Positions 19,403 to 29,545 of a stretch of DNA of 64,000 nt are shown here, piece by piece. Origin of the DNA: a virus; IMG/VR virus record IMGVR_UViG_3300027793_000055, positions 64,001 to 128,000 of that record; one strand, given 5' to 3'. Within the stretch, counting starts at the first letter, position 1; each line of letters begins with the position of its first letter. The translations under genes were made by a program, and so were the position numbers. Under the pieces are notes generated by a model. It was not told the origin of the DNA and made no database searches. It saw only the letters and a program-made list of their open reading frames with translations.

Positions 19403-20446
19403 TCAACACTTCTCCAGTAGATCTTCAGCTTTAACGTCACTAGTAATTCTAGGATCAGTTAGGCTTCCATATAATTCTTCGCATTCTAAATCAATTTGAT
19501 TTGTTGCTACCAACTTCTTCTTTTCTGCATCTGATAGATCTTTGCATAATACTCTTGAATCAATTTCTCTATCTGCCTGAATATTAAAATAATATTCAGC
19601 CATTTCTAATCTTTCTGGCTTATATTCCGGTGATTTATCCTGTTCGTCTAAAAGAATATTATTAACTATATTTTGTGTTTTTTTATTAAAATATAATTGT
19701 TTTAAAGACTCGCCACTTATACTATCATCTTCAATTATTTCAAACAATTCAATATCAAAATTCTCTTGATTAAATTGTGCATTTAATTCTTGTAGATCAA
19801 GTAAAATATAATCTTCTCTAACTTGTATAAAAGAATCATCTACGAATCTTGAGGATAAGTTATTTAGATCACTTGTTGGTTGCAATCCAACATCAGAAAC
19901 TGTATCCAATACATCACCAGGTACATAATTTTGTACAGTTGATTTCTTGGCTGATTCTATGATATAATCACTGTCTTCTAAGATTAATCTAGTTCTTTTT
20001 GCGGTAATTAGCGTACCGGCTTCATTAGTAACTACTTGTGATATTTTTCCTCTTAAACAATTAATACTCCAAGCGGGAGCATTTCTATTTCCATAGTCTG
20101 AATTAGCTAAAGGCTGGGACATTATTTTCTGAGTAATAACATCGGGAATATATATGTCGGTAAAACTGCCTTTTTTCTTGGATCTAAACTGTTCAACAGC
20201 TTTTTTAAGATCAGTTTCGGGGCTGATAAAGGTATATTGAGTATGTATTCTTGGAGACTCTTTGATACGATTTTGTATATCTTTCTGGGCTTCTTCCGGA
20301 AGATTTGCATATTCTATATCATACACAATATCATCATCAAAGAATTGATAATAAGCCGGCTTAAATATACCTTTAGCTAAAAGCTGTTTGCCATATTGAG
20401 TCAGCTGTATATCTAATACTTCTTCTTTTCTATTGAAAAAGGTCAT
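19403..20446 (-). CDS. Baseplate/tail-collar protein, N-terminus related to 13014..13913
   Basis: DIQLTQYGKQLLAKG.FKPAYYQFFDDDIVYD. Confidence 0.5.
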   Translation of the reverse strand: MTFFNRKEEVLDIQLTQYGKQLLAKGIFKPAYYQFFDDDIVYDIEYANLPEEAQKDIQNRIKESPRIHTQYTFISPETDLKKAVEQFRSKKKGSFTDIYIPDVITQKIMSQPLANSDYGNRNAPAWSINCLRGKISQVVTNEAGTLITAKRTRLILEDSDYIIESAKKSTVQNYVPGDVLDTVSDVGLQPTSDLNNLSSRFVDDSFIQVREDYILLDLQELNAQFNQENFDIELFEIIEDDSISGESLKQLYFNKKTQNIVNNILLDEQDKSPEYKPERLEMAEYYFNIQADREIDSRVLCKDLSDAEKKKLVATNQIDLECEELYGSLTDPRITSDVKAEDLLEKC

Positions 20447-20456
20447 ACTTTAATTA

Positions 20457-23400
20457 TTATAACCTTGTTCTTTTTCCACGGGTTTTATTTTGTTTATTCA
20501 TAAATCCAGAAGCTAGCTGTCGCTTTGGATCTTTTGCTGTTGTTGAAGTAACTTTTCCTTGATCTAGGAAATCCGGATTATTACCTATGGCAAACCTATT
20601 AGTATCAATACCGGTACCTATGATAGTATTATCGATACTTCCTGTTGCTGTTGGTTTCTCACCATATTCATATGTAACATCAACTTTTGCTAATTCAACT
20701 AGCGAGAAATAGTCATATGGCCAGTTATAGTTATATTTTGGTGTTTGTGCTTCTTGGCTGTTTGCAAAGTTAAATTTAAACCGAACGTCATCTTGGGTGT
20801 CTTCTGTAACTGCAAAGTAATTCCACTCAGCCTTCTTCTTAACCTTGAAAATCATCCAGCGCATATTTGGTGGTAATTTAAAGTTTTCACCAAAAAGTTC
20901 ATTTTCGCCAACGTCATGACTAAAGGTGATTTGTTCTTTTTCTGCTGTTGTAGCGATTTTAGGCATCACACCTTGCCAAATATCAGCAAGATCTTGTTGA
21001 TCTAGATCGTGTGCAAATTCAAACATATACATAACAAATGGATCAATTCCTTCACGATTATCGCGAATCGTTCTGGTTAATGGATTCTTATAATAAGTCA
21101 AGAAATCAAAATTTGGTGGTATAACATATTGTTTCATCAAACGTATCATTCTTGAAATAGAAGTCTCTTTAGGTAGCGTGTTTAGTTCTAGTTGTGTTTT
21201 CTGTGATTCGAAAACAAATGGGTTAACAGAGAAGAAATGATATCCATCAACAAAAGTTGTAACACCTTCAATTGGTCTATCAACAAATGGTATAGCAACA
21301 ATTGCTTCTGATATTGTCTTTTTCTCTGCCAATTGGCCAATCTTTTTAGATTCTGCTTTAAACCCAACCTGTTTAAGTAGTGAACCGGTTGCTGATGTAT
21401 TTATACGATTAGATCTAAAATCAGTATTTAGAGGGAAACTTTCTGCTAGTTCAAGAGTAATACCTTGTGAACCAGTTGGAATTTTTCCATATCCACTCCA
21501 CATACCTCTTCCGTATCCATCAGCTACCCAATAAGAACCGGTGCGTTGTATAAATTGTTGTTCACTAAAATCTAATACCGGTGTTTCTAATTTTGGTGAA
21601 ATAACCCAAAATTGATTTGCTGTATCTGTAGTACCGCGAATACTAGTAGCTTTTCCATCTGGTGTGCTATCTGCCAAAGGATTAATTCCCAAACCAAATA
21701 GGTTAATACAGTCTTGCATAGACATTTTGTTTCTATATGCTGCCGATCCTGTTCCTATTGCTCCACTTATTGCTGGAAAGAATTCGACCAAATTAATATC
21801 TTTTTGAAAATCGGCAAAAGAGGAATCTCTATAAGAGGTTCTAGAAGCACTCAACTCAAAACGTAATATTGCTTCACCTTCAAAATATGGAGGCGTAAAT
21901 GGTGCATATGCAGGATCATTATGTACTACATAATTATCTTCTACAGTACGTTCATTAGATTGTTTGCTTACCGGCCAACCAAAATATCTACCATTCATTG
22001 TTTTTTCAATACTATTTGATCCAGTAATATGATGTTGTGATCTATATGATTCGATCATTACTAAATCAGAAGATTTTTTCATTTTAAGATCAAAGTAGTA
22101 TTTTTTACCAATTTCAAATTTCCAGTCCTTCATTTCACTACTCTTGAAAGAGATCATTGATGAATCACGAAGGAAAAATGTTGGTATTTCTGCTAAGAAA
22201 TTACTCATAGCAAGACTATAAGATGGATCAATTATTTTATCATCTTTTAGATATGCAAATGGTACAGAATTTTTTTGATAAAAACCAATATTGATAAATT
22301 GAGAATTAATTGTAGTAAATCCAGATGATCCAGAAGTAAATAAAGGTTGCCTATAACGATCTGGCTGATGATTACAGTCAAATTTAATATTTAATATAGA
22401 ATTAGAAATATATTTTGAATATAAATCCTCTAATTGTACCTGCAATGAACCGGTCAATGTAATATCGACACTGTTAGAATATATAAAAGAAGACGTAACA
22501 ACATCTGGCTTTTCTAGAAATTCTTGTGGAAATATTAATGATTCGAATGGAATACGAGAATTAATTCTATTCTCAGATATATAAGATGCATCAAAGATAT
22601 ATGGATCTAATCTATTTGTGGCAGATGTTTGAGAACCAGTCAGGCTAATAAGATTACAATTTTTAGATAAAATAGAACACTTATCGAATATATTAAGCTC
22701 TTTAACAGTTAATATGGTAGTTTTTGAACCAGTTATATCTGTAAAATTAATATTTTGAATATCTAGTAAACTAGCAGTTATGATCGGGAAGTCTACAGAA
22801 ATACCGCTTTTTATTGTATTAAAAAGGATACCTGGAGAAAAAAGATATGGCATTACTACATTTTTCGACCAGTAACTTCCGGAATCATCTGTATTGTAAA
22901 TCAATACATCGTTTGCATCTCCAGCGCCGGTACTGGCAGATTGTACCGTTCTGATAAAGGAAAAATATCCACCACCAACATTAGTATCTAAAAAGTCATT
23001 AAATAAGTTAGCCAACTGTAATGTTCTTTCTTGAGGATAGAAGCCATTATATGGTAGCAGTTTTTTAATACCAGAAAGAGTAAACGTTATTTTATCTAAT
23101 TTGGTTACATTAGCATTCTCTTGTTGTAATTCATAAGCATTAGAAATTTCTTCACCCAATACATAAGACTTTATATAACCCTGATCAGAAGAAGAATTTG
23201 CAGCAATTGCAGTTCTATAACTTATACCAGACCCATCATTTTCTAAAAATGCCCTGTTTATTGCTCTAAAATTACCGCCACTATCCTTGACATAATATGG
23301 CATATGGGATGAAATTCTGAATTCTGGTAATATAGAATATTCTTTGCCAATATTTCTAATGTCATCAGAATAATCTTCATAAGAATCAAACCATGGTTTT

Positions 23401-25829
23401 TTATCACCAAATGATTCAGTGGCATATCTCAAGCCAGAATCAAGAGTTGATATCAATGTGCCAGATGGCTTAGAGTCGAAAATATTATTTAATTCATTTT
23501 CGAAATTTCTACTTCGATTTGAAACGCTTTCAAAACCTCCCAAGAAAGCCAAATATTTAGGTTGTGGTACCGGTAAACTCTGAGTCATCGATGAATAGCT
23601 GGGATATGTTGATGGAAATTTATATTTATCGGATAGGCTTAGATCTTTTAATTCCTGTATATACTGCAATAAAACGCTATGTGGAGTGACACGTGTTAAT
23701 TGTTTTTGTACTCCATCAGAAAAAGTTGGGTATTTTGAATCATTGAAATTGATAAAATCAACTGAGCAGCTGGAGAAATAATCTAGCATTACTTCGCGAT
23801 TTAATTCACCACTATTAGCATTAGTTGTTATACGTGTCGCAATAGCTAAATCACCGATAGCAGTACCCGGATCTTGTACAAATTCTCCCTCCATCGTTAA
23901 TCGATTAGTGCCATAAATATCTGTTATTTGTGGTGAATTATCAAAAGAATGTATAGAGTTATTTGATTTAAAAGTGTTTTCTGCAAAACTATTAGTAACG
24001 TTCCACTGTCTACCTGCGTATGTAGCATATCCAGGCAATTCTATATAAGGAGATTGGGTCGCAAGCTCAGTAGTTGTTGGACGATCAATTTGAAAATTTA
24101 AAGAATTTCGTGATACATAAATACTTCTCATTCTATCTAATAATTTATCTCTCCAGAATGCTCTCTGTGTTCCAAGCTGTCTGTCATAACCATCTCTTGT
24201 GAAACCGCTTTGTGTTAAGATATAGGCTGTTCTAGCACGTGTTTCTGCTAGGTATGTATTAACCTCTTTTGGATAAAGAGTCTCTGAAAAGGCGTAGCTA
24301 TGTAATTTAATGACTGGATTGTCTGGATTATTTAATCTATTTGGATCAGAATAATATTTTTTGAGTAAGTCATAGGTTTGCTGACTGCCTTCTTTTATAT
24401 TTAAAGCAGCTAATAATTCTTGATTAGCAAATGTACCTAAATTATTTGTATGAGAAAATTTAAATACATATTTCTCGGTACTACCTTTTAATTCTAAAAC
24501 CTGTTTAAGTGGCTTGTGTTTGATAGTAACCGGTGGATCTATATAGCCAAATACACTATCACTTCTTTTTGACTGTGTTTGTACATTATTAATAACTTTA
24601 GATTTACTGCCTTCAATAGAAACTATATTATTATTTCTTAATTTTCTAGAAACAGGATGTTCTCCTGTACGAATTTGTTTCCAAACTGGATATTGATAGG
24701 CACTATTGGCAATCTCACTAAAAGAAGCAGATAAACCTGGAGAAGAATAAGTAATTGTATTACTCTGTAAATTAATACTCTTCCTACCTTTTATAAGGCT
24801 TCTGATTCCAACATTATCAACTGAAAATTGTTTATTTGTTCCACTTACAACTAAACTAGCACTATTGAAAACTAGTTCTGATGGATTAAAAGGCTTTTGA
24901 TATTGTAAAATACTACCAGAATCGATAACAGAATCAGCAATCCATTTATATCTTAAATCTGTTGATGGTATTGCGTGTTGAACCCAGAAATTGTCATAAT
25001 CCGAAGCTGTTACAAACGTAGTTCCACTCAACTCAACACTTTTTATTGTATTTCTATTAATAGCATGTACAGTAACACCTTCTAAACTACCACTATTGAA
25101 CTGTGCAGCATGCTGTGTTAATTGACTATAAAAAGGCTGTCTAACTTTTATATTTCTTGTAACTAGTGAGTTATTTGGTGAATATTGTTCACTTTCTCTA
25201 TCTAATGCGCCTCTTGAACTTTCTTTACGATCACCGGGAGCACTAAATCTTTCTACAAAAACAGTTTTATTAATATTACCTGTTATTTCTGGTAAAGAAT
25301 AATCTTCAACGCCTTCGATAAATTTTGTTGTTAAAACTCCCGAAGCAGTTAAATTGTTTTGAACAAGACTCTGATTTAGCTCTCTACCAGATGTTTGTAC
25401 AACTTGATAGTTGTGTGAAAAATTACCAAGTCTACGATTTTCATTTTTAATATTTTTTATATTAAGTGGTGATTTTGAAACTGTATCTCTTGTTAAAAGG
25501 GCTTTTGGTGCTTTTGGATCAAAATAATCTGGTCCGTAAACTCGGACTTTTCCTGTTGAACCACTTACTAAAAAGGCTTCTGGTCTATTGGAGGCATCAT
25601 CGGTACCATTGTTAATATGAATATGTCTGTGTTGGTTTCCACCGACCCATTGTTCGGTAAATGGACCCTGCATCGGTGCATCCTGAAGTCCACCATATTC
25701 ATCCTGATGCTGATTTACAATTTCTAAATTACTGCCGACAGCTGCTGTCAATTCAACATTATAGCCAGTATTAACAGATGAACTTACTATTTGGAAAGGC
25801 AGCTTTCCTCGGCGGTTAAAATCAGACAT
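20457..25829 (-). CDS. Very large baseplate-associated protein (1790 aa)
   Basis: Long ORF between collar and wedge genes; ~14 [ST]GS motifs; no enzymatic motif recognised. Confidence 0.55.
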   Translation of the reverse strand: MSDFNRRGKLPFQIVSSSVNTGYNVELTAAVGSNLEIVNQHQDEYGGLQDAPMQGPFTEQWVGGNQHRHIHINNGTDDASNRPEAFLVSGSTGKVRVYGPDYFDPKAPKALLTRDTVSKSPLNIKNIKNENRRLGNFSHNYQVVQTSGRELNQSLVQNNLTASGVLTTKFIEGVEDYSLPEITGNINKTVFVERFSAPGDRKESSRGALDRESEQYSPNNSLVTRNIKVRQPFYSQLTQHAAQFNSGSLEGVTVHAINRNTIKSVELSGTTFVTASDYDNFWVQHAIPSTDLRYKWIADSVIDSGSILQYQKPFNPSELVFNSASLVVSGTNKQFSVDNVGIRSLIKGRKSINLQSNTITYSSPGLSASFSEIANSAYQYPVWKQIRTGEHPVSRKLRNNNIVSIEGSKSKVINNVQTQSKRSDSVFGYIDPPVTIKHKPLKQVLELKGSTEKYVFKFSHTNNLGTFANQELLAALNIKEGSQQTYDLLKKYYSDPNRLNNPDNPVIKLHSYAFSETLYPKEVNTYLAETRARTAYILTQSGFTRDGYDRQLGTQRAFWRDKLLDRMRSIYVSRNSLNFQIDRPTTTELATQSPYIELPGYATYAGRQWNVTNSFAENTFKSNNSIHSFDNSPQITDIYGTNRLTMEGEFVQDPGTAIGDLAIATRITTNANSGELNREVMLDYFSSCSVDFINFNDSKYPTFSDGVQKQLTRVTPHSVLLQYIQELKDLSLSDKYKFPSTYPSYSSMTQSLPVPQPKYLAFLGGFESVSNRSRNFENELNNIFDSKPSGTLISTLDSGLRYATESFGDKKPWFDSYEDYSDDIRNIGKEYSILPEFRISSHMPYYVKDSGGNFRAINRAFLENDGSGISYRTAIAANSSSDQGYIKSYVLGEEISNAYELQQENANVTKLDKITFTLSGIKKLLPYNGFYPQERTLQLANLFNDFLDTNVGGGYFSFIRTVQSASTGAGDANDVLIYNTDDSGSYWSKNVVMPYLFSPGILFNTIKSGISVDFPIITASLLDIQNINFTDITGSKTTILTVKELNIFDKCSILSKNCNLISLTGSQTSATNRLDPYIFDASYISENRINSRIPFESLIFPQEFLEKPDVVTSSFIYSNSVDITLTGSLQVQLEDLYSKYISNSILNIKFDCNHQPDRYRQPLFTSGSSGFTTINSQFINIGFYQKNSVPFAYLKDDKIIDPSYSLAMSNFLAEIPTFFLRDSSMISFKSSEMKDWKFEIGKKYYFDLKMKKSSDLVMIESYRSQHHITGSNSIEKTMNGRYFGWPVSKQSNERTVEDNYVVHNDPAYAPFTPPYFEGEAILRFELSASRTSYRDSSFADFQKDINLVEFFPAISGAIGTGSAAYRNKMSMQDCINLFGLGINPLADSTPDGKATSIRGTTDTANQFWVISPKLETPVLDFSEQQFIQRTGSYWVADGYGRGMWSGYGKIPTGSQGITLELAESFPLNTDFRSNRINTSATGSLLKQVGFKAESKKIGQLAEKKTISEAIVAIPFVDRPIEGVTTFVDGYHFFSVNPFVFESQKTQLELNTLPKETSISRMIRLMKQYVIPPNFDFLTYYKNPLTRTIRDNREGIDPFVMYMFEFAHDLDQQDLADIWQGVMPKIATTAEKEQITFSHDVGENELFGENFKLPPNMRWMIFKVKKKAEWNYFAVTEDTQDDVRFKFNFANSQEAQTPKYNYNWPYDYFSLVELAKVDVTYEYGEKPTATGSIDNTIIGTGIDTNRFAIGNNPDFLDQGKVTSTTAKDPKRQLASGFMNKQNKTRGKRTRL

Positions 25830-25840
25830 TCAGGAACCTC

Positions 25841-28800
25841 TTATTTATCATTACAGTCTTTTTTATCGACAATCGATGGAATATCAATTTCTAAATATTC
25901 TCCAGAACCAAATTTTGTTATTTGTTTAACAACTTCTTGTTCTTTTGGATTTTTATTTATTATCACAATCGCATCTGTATTTAAATCATAAACTGTAGTA
26001 AATTTACGATCATAGGTCGATTTTAAGACATTAAATATTTGTTCTCTATCTTGTCTATTATCTATATCTCTTTCTTTCCACCAGAGACAGTTTGTATCTT
26101 CTTCAAGTGGTATTGGTGCGTGACCAAATTTCCAGTTATACTTTAGCTCGTTTATTGTACGAATTGCAGCAATTGGATCTTTCTTTCTGAATTCCAACGT
26201 TGGCAATTTGTGTCTATACTTGTTTCTTTCTAGAATATGGCTTTCTACTATGTTTGAAGCAATAGTAGTTGTACCCATCGAAGCTGGTATTATTTCTTGA
26301 ATTATCTTTCCTACTGACCAATCTATCCATTTATAAAATTCAACAAACTTCTCAAAGTCAGGTGTATTATCTACTTTTTCAAAGAACATTCTTCTTAAAA
26401 AAGATAGATCGCGATATTCCATTTCATATCTATCGGCCGGCTTACCAAGTAGATTATTAAATTGTTTTATTGTACCAATCCAACGTAACATCTCTTCAGA
26501 GATATTTTGATACATACTTTTTTCAATTGAAAGAAAATGGTTAACCGGCACCATATCTCTTACATATGTAATATCATCTTGTTGTAAAATACTGATCAGA
26601 TCATCGTTATTTAGGATCTCTGGTTGTCTTCTTTTTGCATTTGCTACATATTCATAAGCAACAACTTTATCATTATTTCTAAGGAAGAAGTCTCCTCTTC
26701 CTGGGTATAATCTTCTTGATATATCAGAAACAATTTCATATCTTGAAAGTTGATCAATTGAGCCAGAAGATAAATCTATAACATCAAAACCAGCGTCATT
26801 TAAACCAAGTGTGGGAGTACCGGCACCATTATCAGAAACTTCAATGCTATCAAATCTCCAATGTAACACAAGTGTTTCTGATTGTGGTATTGTTTGATCT
26901 TTTAGTTGCGTTATAAGAGCATTTTCAACATTTTGTACAAACGATTCTGGACCAGCATCAGTTATATCTAATGCGTGAGAAATTAATACTTCTTCTGGTA
27001 TATAATTTAACCAATATCTTACTGTACCAATCTGTAGATCAGAGAGTTGCTGTTTATTATCGCTACCAACTATTACAGAGCCTGTAAAATTTTGGTGATG
27101 TGAGCCAACGTACAATCTTTTATTTGCAGTAAAATATGCTTCTGCAATTGTCTTATCGATACTAGCTGAGACTATAAAACTCTCTTTTAGTATATCCAAT
27201 TCAGTATTAAAACCACTAAATTCTAGAATATAATCTCCGTTATCGGCACCTATAACAACACCATCAAAAGGATATTTTTCATTTTTTATTCTAATAGCAA
27301 AAAGCCACTTTTGATCAGTGTAAACATCTTTAAAGAGCGATGACGTTAATTGTACGCCAAAACAGGAAGATGAAAGTAGGAAGTATGAATCCTTTGATTC
27401 TCTTTCTGGTCTTACTCCAAAGATTTGAATACTAGCAGAATCATTTGTAGCCCATGTATTATAATCAACAGTTGATTGTGGCTGATGCATACCAAATACA
27501 GAACTACTTAAAAAGTTTGTTTCAAAATATTGATCTTCATTTATATCATATTTTCTTGGAAATATTGTTTCTATCTCGATTGTATTTCCAAAATATTTTG
27601 AATCAATATCACCAACTATGTATGCTAAACTATTTGGCTCACCAGATTGCGTAACTTGGTAAACAGTTCCTTCAAATCTATCTGGATTATTAAAATCTAC
27701 AAATTTTCTTTTTTGAGAAGTATATTCATATCTATCTTCGAAAGTAAAAGATTGATCATCGGCATATAAGTTAATCTTAATTAACTCAGTATCGATACCG
27801 AAGCATCTCAAGAGATTGCGAATAGATTTCTCTGTACCTTTTGAACGATAAATATATAAAATATTGTTATATATGTTTTGATAAATTGAATTTTTTATAT
27901 GATATATTTTTTCATCATATACATCTTGTTCATTTCTCGACAAGACAGTTTCTAGGATTGTCGAATCTGAAAATAATTCTACGGTACTTAATCCACGTGA
28001 TTCTACCAATCTTTTTGAAAATGGAAGAGGATTTTGTTTTCTAAAGTCCTCATCTTTCAAAGTTGGTAAACTTTGAATATGATAGAACATTTCATCTAGA
28101 TATTCTGATATGATCTGGGTTATTTCTAGTAGACCTTCACCCTTTTCTTGATCCTCTTCTAGAATCCAGCTAGCAAATGAATTATAGATTGATGAATTAT
28201 TCATCTGATCATATGAAATCGTTTTTTGTTGAAGTGTTTGTATTAAGATTAATACTTCGGGATGATTAGGATATAATATTGGATCGGCCGGTTCTTCTTG
28301 AGTGAATCCAGATTCTATTAAAGCAGAACCGGTTTCACGGCTTCCAACAGAATAACCAAACCAAGTACCATTAGAAATTCTACCAGAATAATCAATTACA
28401 TTTGCATCATATGCAGAGAATTGTTGATTATTAAATATTCCTTCATTAAACTTGTAGTAAACACCTAAATCTGTATTAGCATCATCGGTATTTGTACCAC
28501 CATATACTTCTGTAAAATAGAATCTAAAAATATCCTTATCTGTTCTTTTTGATTTCCAGTAACGAAACTCATCTAAAGAAGCAGATAATTTACCATATCC
28601 TAAACCTGCACTACCGGTATCATGTACCAGTGAACCAATTGTAGCCATCATTGGTCCCTGCACTTGTGAAACTGTTGTACCAGATAGTTCTTGTGAGAGT
28701 AATTCTCCGTCTTGGAAAAGTTGAAATGCAATAGTAGAATTGTCATTTTTTGCAGTTATAGCAATATGGTGCCAATTCGAATCAGTTATATTATTAGCTG

Positions 28801-29545
28801 CTAATAATACATCGTTTGCTCCATTTGTACCGGATACAAATGTGACATAAAAATTATTTTCTTCACCAATATTTCCTGGGTGGGTTTCAATGGTGAATCT
28901 TGCATAATCAGAAGAAGTAAAAGAAGCGCTATTCCATAAATCAAATATTACTTGTTTAGCAGAACCGGATAGATCTTCTTTTTTTATATAGAATTCTACT
29001 GTTACACCATCTTCACCGTTCAAACTAAGATTACTGGCTCTTTTAAAGTCCTCATTATAATAGTTTGATTTTCCAAATAGATTTTTGGCAGTGTCTGTCT
29101 GACTATAAGTATTTGGACCACCTTTGATTAATATATATTCAGGCTTATCAGTAATAGAATAGCCATTACTTGTACTGGTGATGGTACCGTAATCAAAGCC
29201 AAATTTTATAAAACCAGTGTTTCTTGGATATAAATTATTAAAAGTATAGTTTGTTAATAATGAACTACTATTAAACCACTCTGTCTTTTCGTTTCTAGAA
29301 CCATCATATGGAAAACTTTTATAAATTAATTTTATTGAATCTGCATAATATTTTTCTGCAGAACCAAACTTTGCAAAGTTTTCAGGTTCTGAAAAATCAA
29401 TATCTGGTATGAATCTGTCTTTTTCTATTCTTGCGGACTCTACTAATTTTACTGATTCTACCTCTTGACCGATAGTCTCGGGATCAGTTAATGGGAGTAT
29501 TTTTCCAGATTTTTTACCAAATAGATCTTTAATCGACATTATCAT
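25841..29545 (-). CDS. Baseplate wedge protein (gp7/gpI-like) with LamG domain
   Basis: TVEFYIK...WHHIAIT...LFQDGEL...SASLDEFRYW...LGVYYKFNEG LamG domain; IYRSKGTEKSIRNLLRCFG wedge motif. Confidence 0.7.
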   Translation of the reverse strand: MIMSIKDLFGKKSGKILPLTDPETIGQEVESVKLVESARIEKDRFIPDIDFSEPENFAKFGSAEKYYADSIKLIYKSFPYDGSRNEKTEWFNSSSLLTNYTFNNLYPRNTGFIKFGFDYGTITSTSNGYSITDKPEYILIKGGPNTYSQTDTAKNLFGKSNYYNEDFKRASNLSLNGEDGVTVEFYIKKEDLSGSAKQVIFDLWNSASFTSSDYARFTIETHPGNIGEENNFYVTFVSGTNGANDVLLAANNITDSNWHHIAITAKNDNSTIAFQLFQDGELLSQELSGTTVSQVQGPMMATIGSLVHDTGSAGLGYGKLSASLDEFRYWKSKRTDKDIFRFYFTEVYGGTNTDDANTDLGVYYKFNEGIFNNQQFSAYDANVIDYSGRISNGTWFGYSVGSRETGSALIESGFTQEEPADPILYPNHPEVLILIQTLQQKTISYDQMNNSSIYNSFASWILEEDQEKGEGLLEITQIISEYLDEMFYHIQSLPTLKDEDFRKQNPLPFSKRLVESRGLSTVELFSDSTILETVLSRNEQDVYDEKIYHIKNSIYQNIYNNILYIYRSKGTEKSIRNLLRCFGIDTELIKINLYADDQSFTFEDRYEYTSQKRKFVDFNNPDRFEGTVYQVTQSGEPNSLAYIVGDIDSKYFGNTIEIETIFPRKYDINEDQYFETNFLSSSVFGMHQPQSTVDYNTWATNDSASIQIFGVRPERESKDSYFLLSSSCFGVQLTSSLFKDVYTDQKWLFAIRIKNEKYPFDGVVIGADNGDYILEFSGFNTELDILKESFIVSASIDKTIAEAYFTANKRLYVGSHHQNFTGSVIVGSDNKQQLSDLQIGTVRYWLNYIPEEVLISHALDITDAGPESFVQNVENALITQLKDQTIPQSETLVLHWRFDSIEVSDNGAGTPTLGLNDAGFDVIDLSSGSIDQLSRYEIVSDISRRLYPGRGDFFLRNNDKVVAYEYVANAKRRQPEILNNDDLISILQQDDITYVRDMVPVNHFLSIEKSMYQNISEEMLRWIGTIKQFNNLLGKPADRYEMEYRDLSFLRRMFFEKVDNTPDFEKFVEFYKWIDWSVGKIIQEIIPASMGTTTIASNIVESHILERNKYRHKLPTLEFRKKDPIAAIRTINELKYNWKFGHAPIPLEEDTNCLWWKERDIDNRQDREQIFNVLKSTYDRKFTTVYDLNTDAIVIINKNPKEQEVVKQITKFGSGEYLEIDIPSIVDKKDCNDK

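Noticed and set aside
7554-20500. Shared basic C-terminal TRGK in 7554..8636 and 20457..25829
   Set aside because: Only four residues; in the first gene it is explained by the overlapping GAGG RBS of the next gene.
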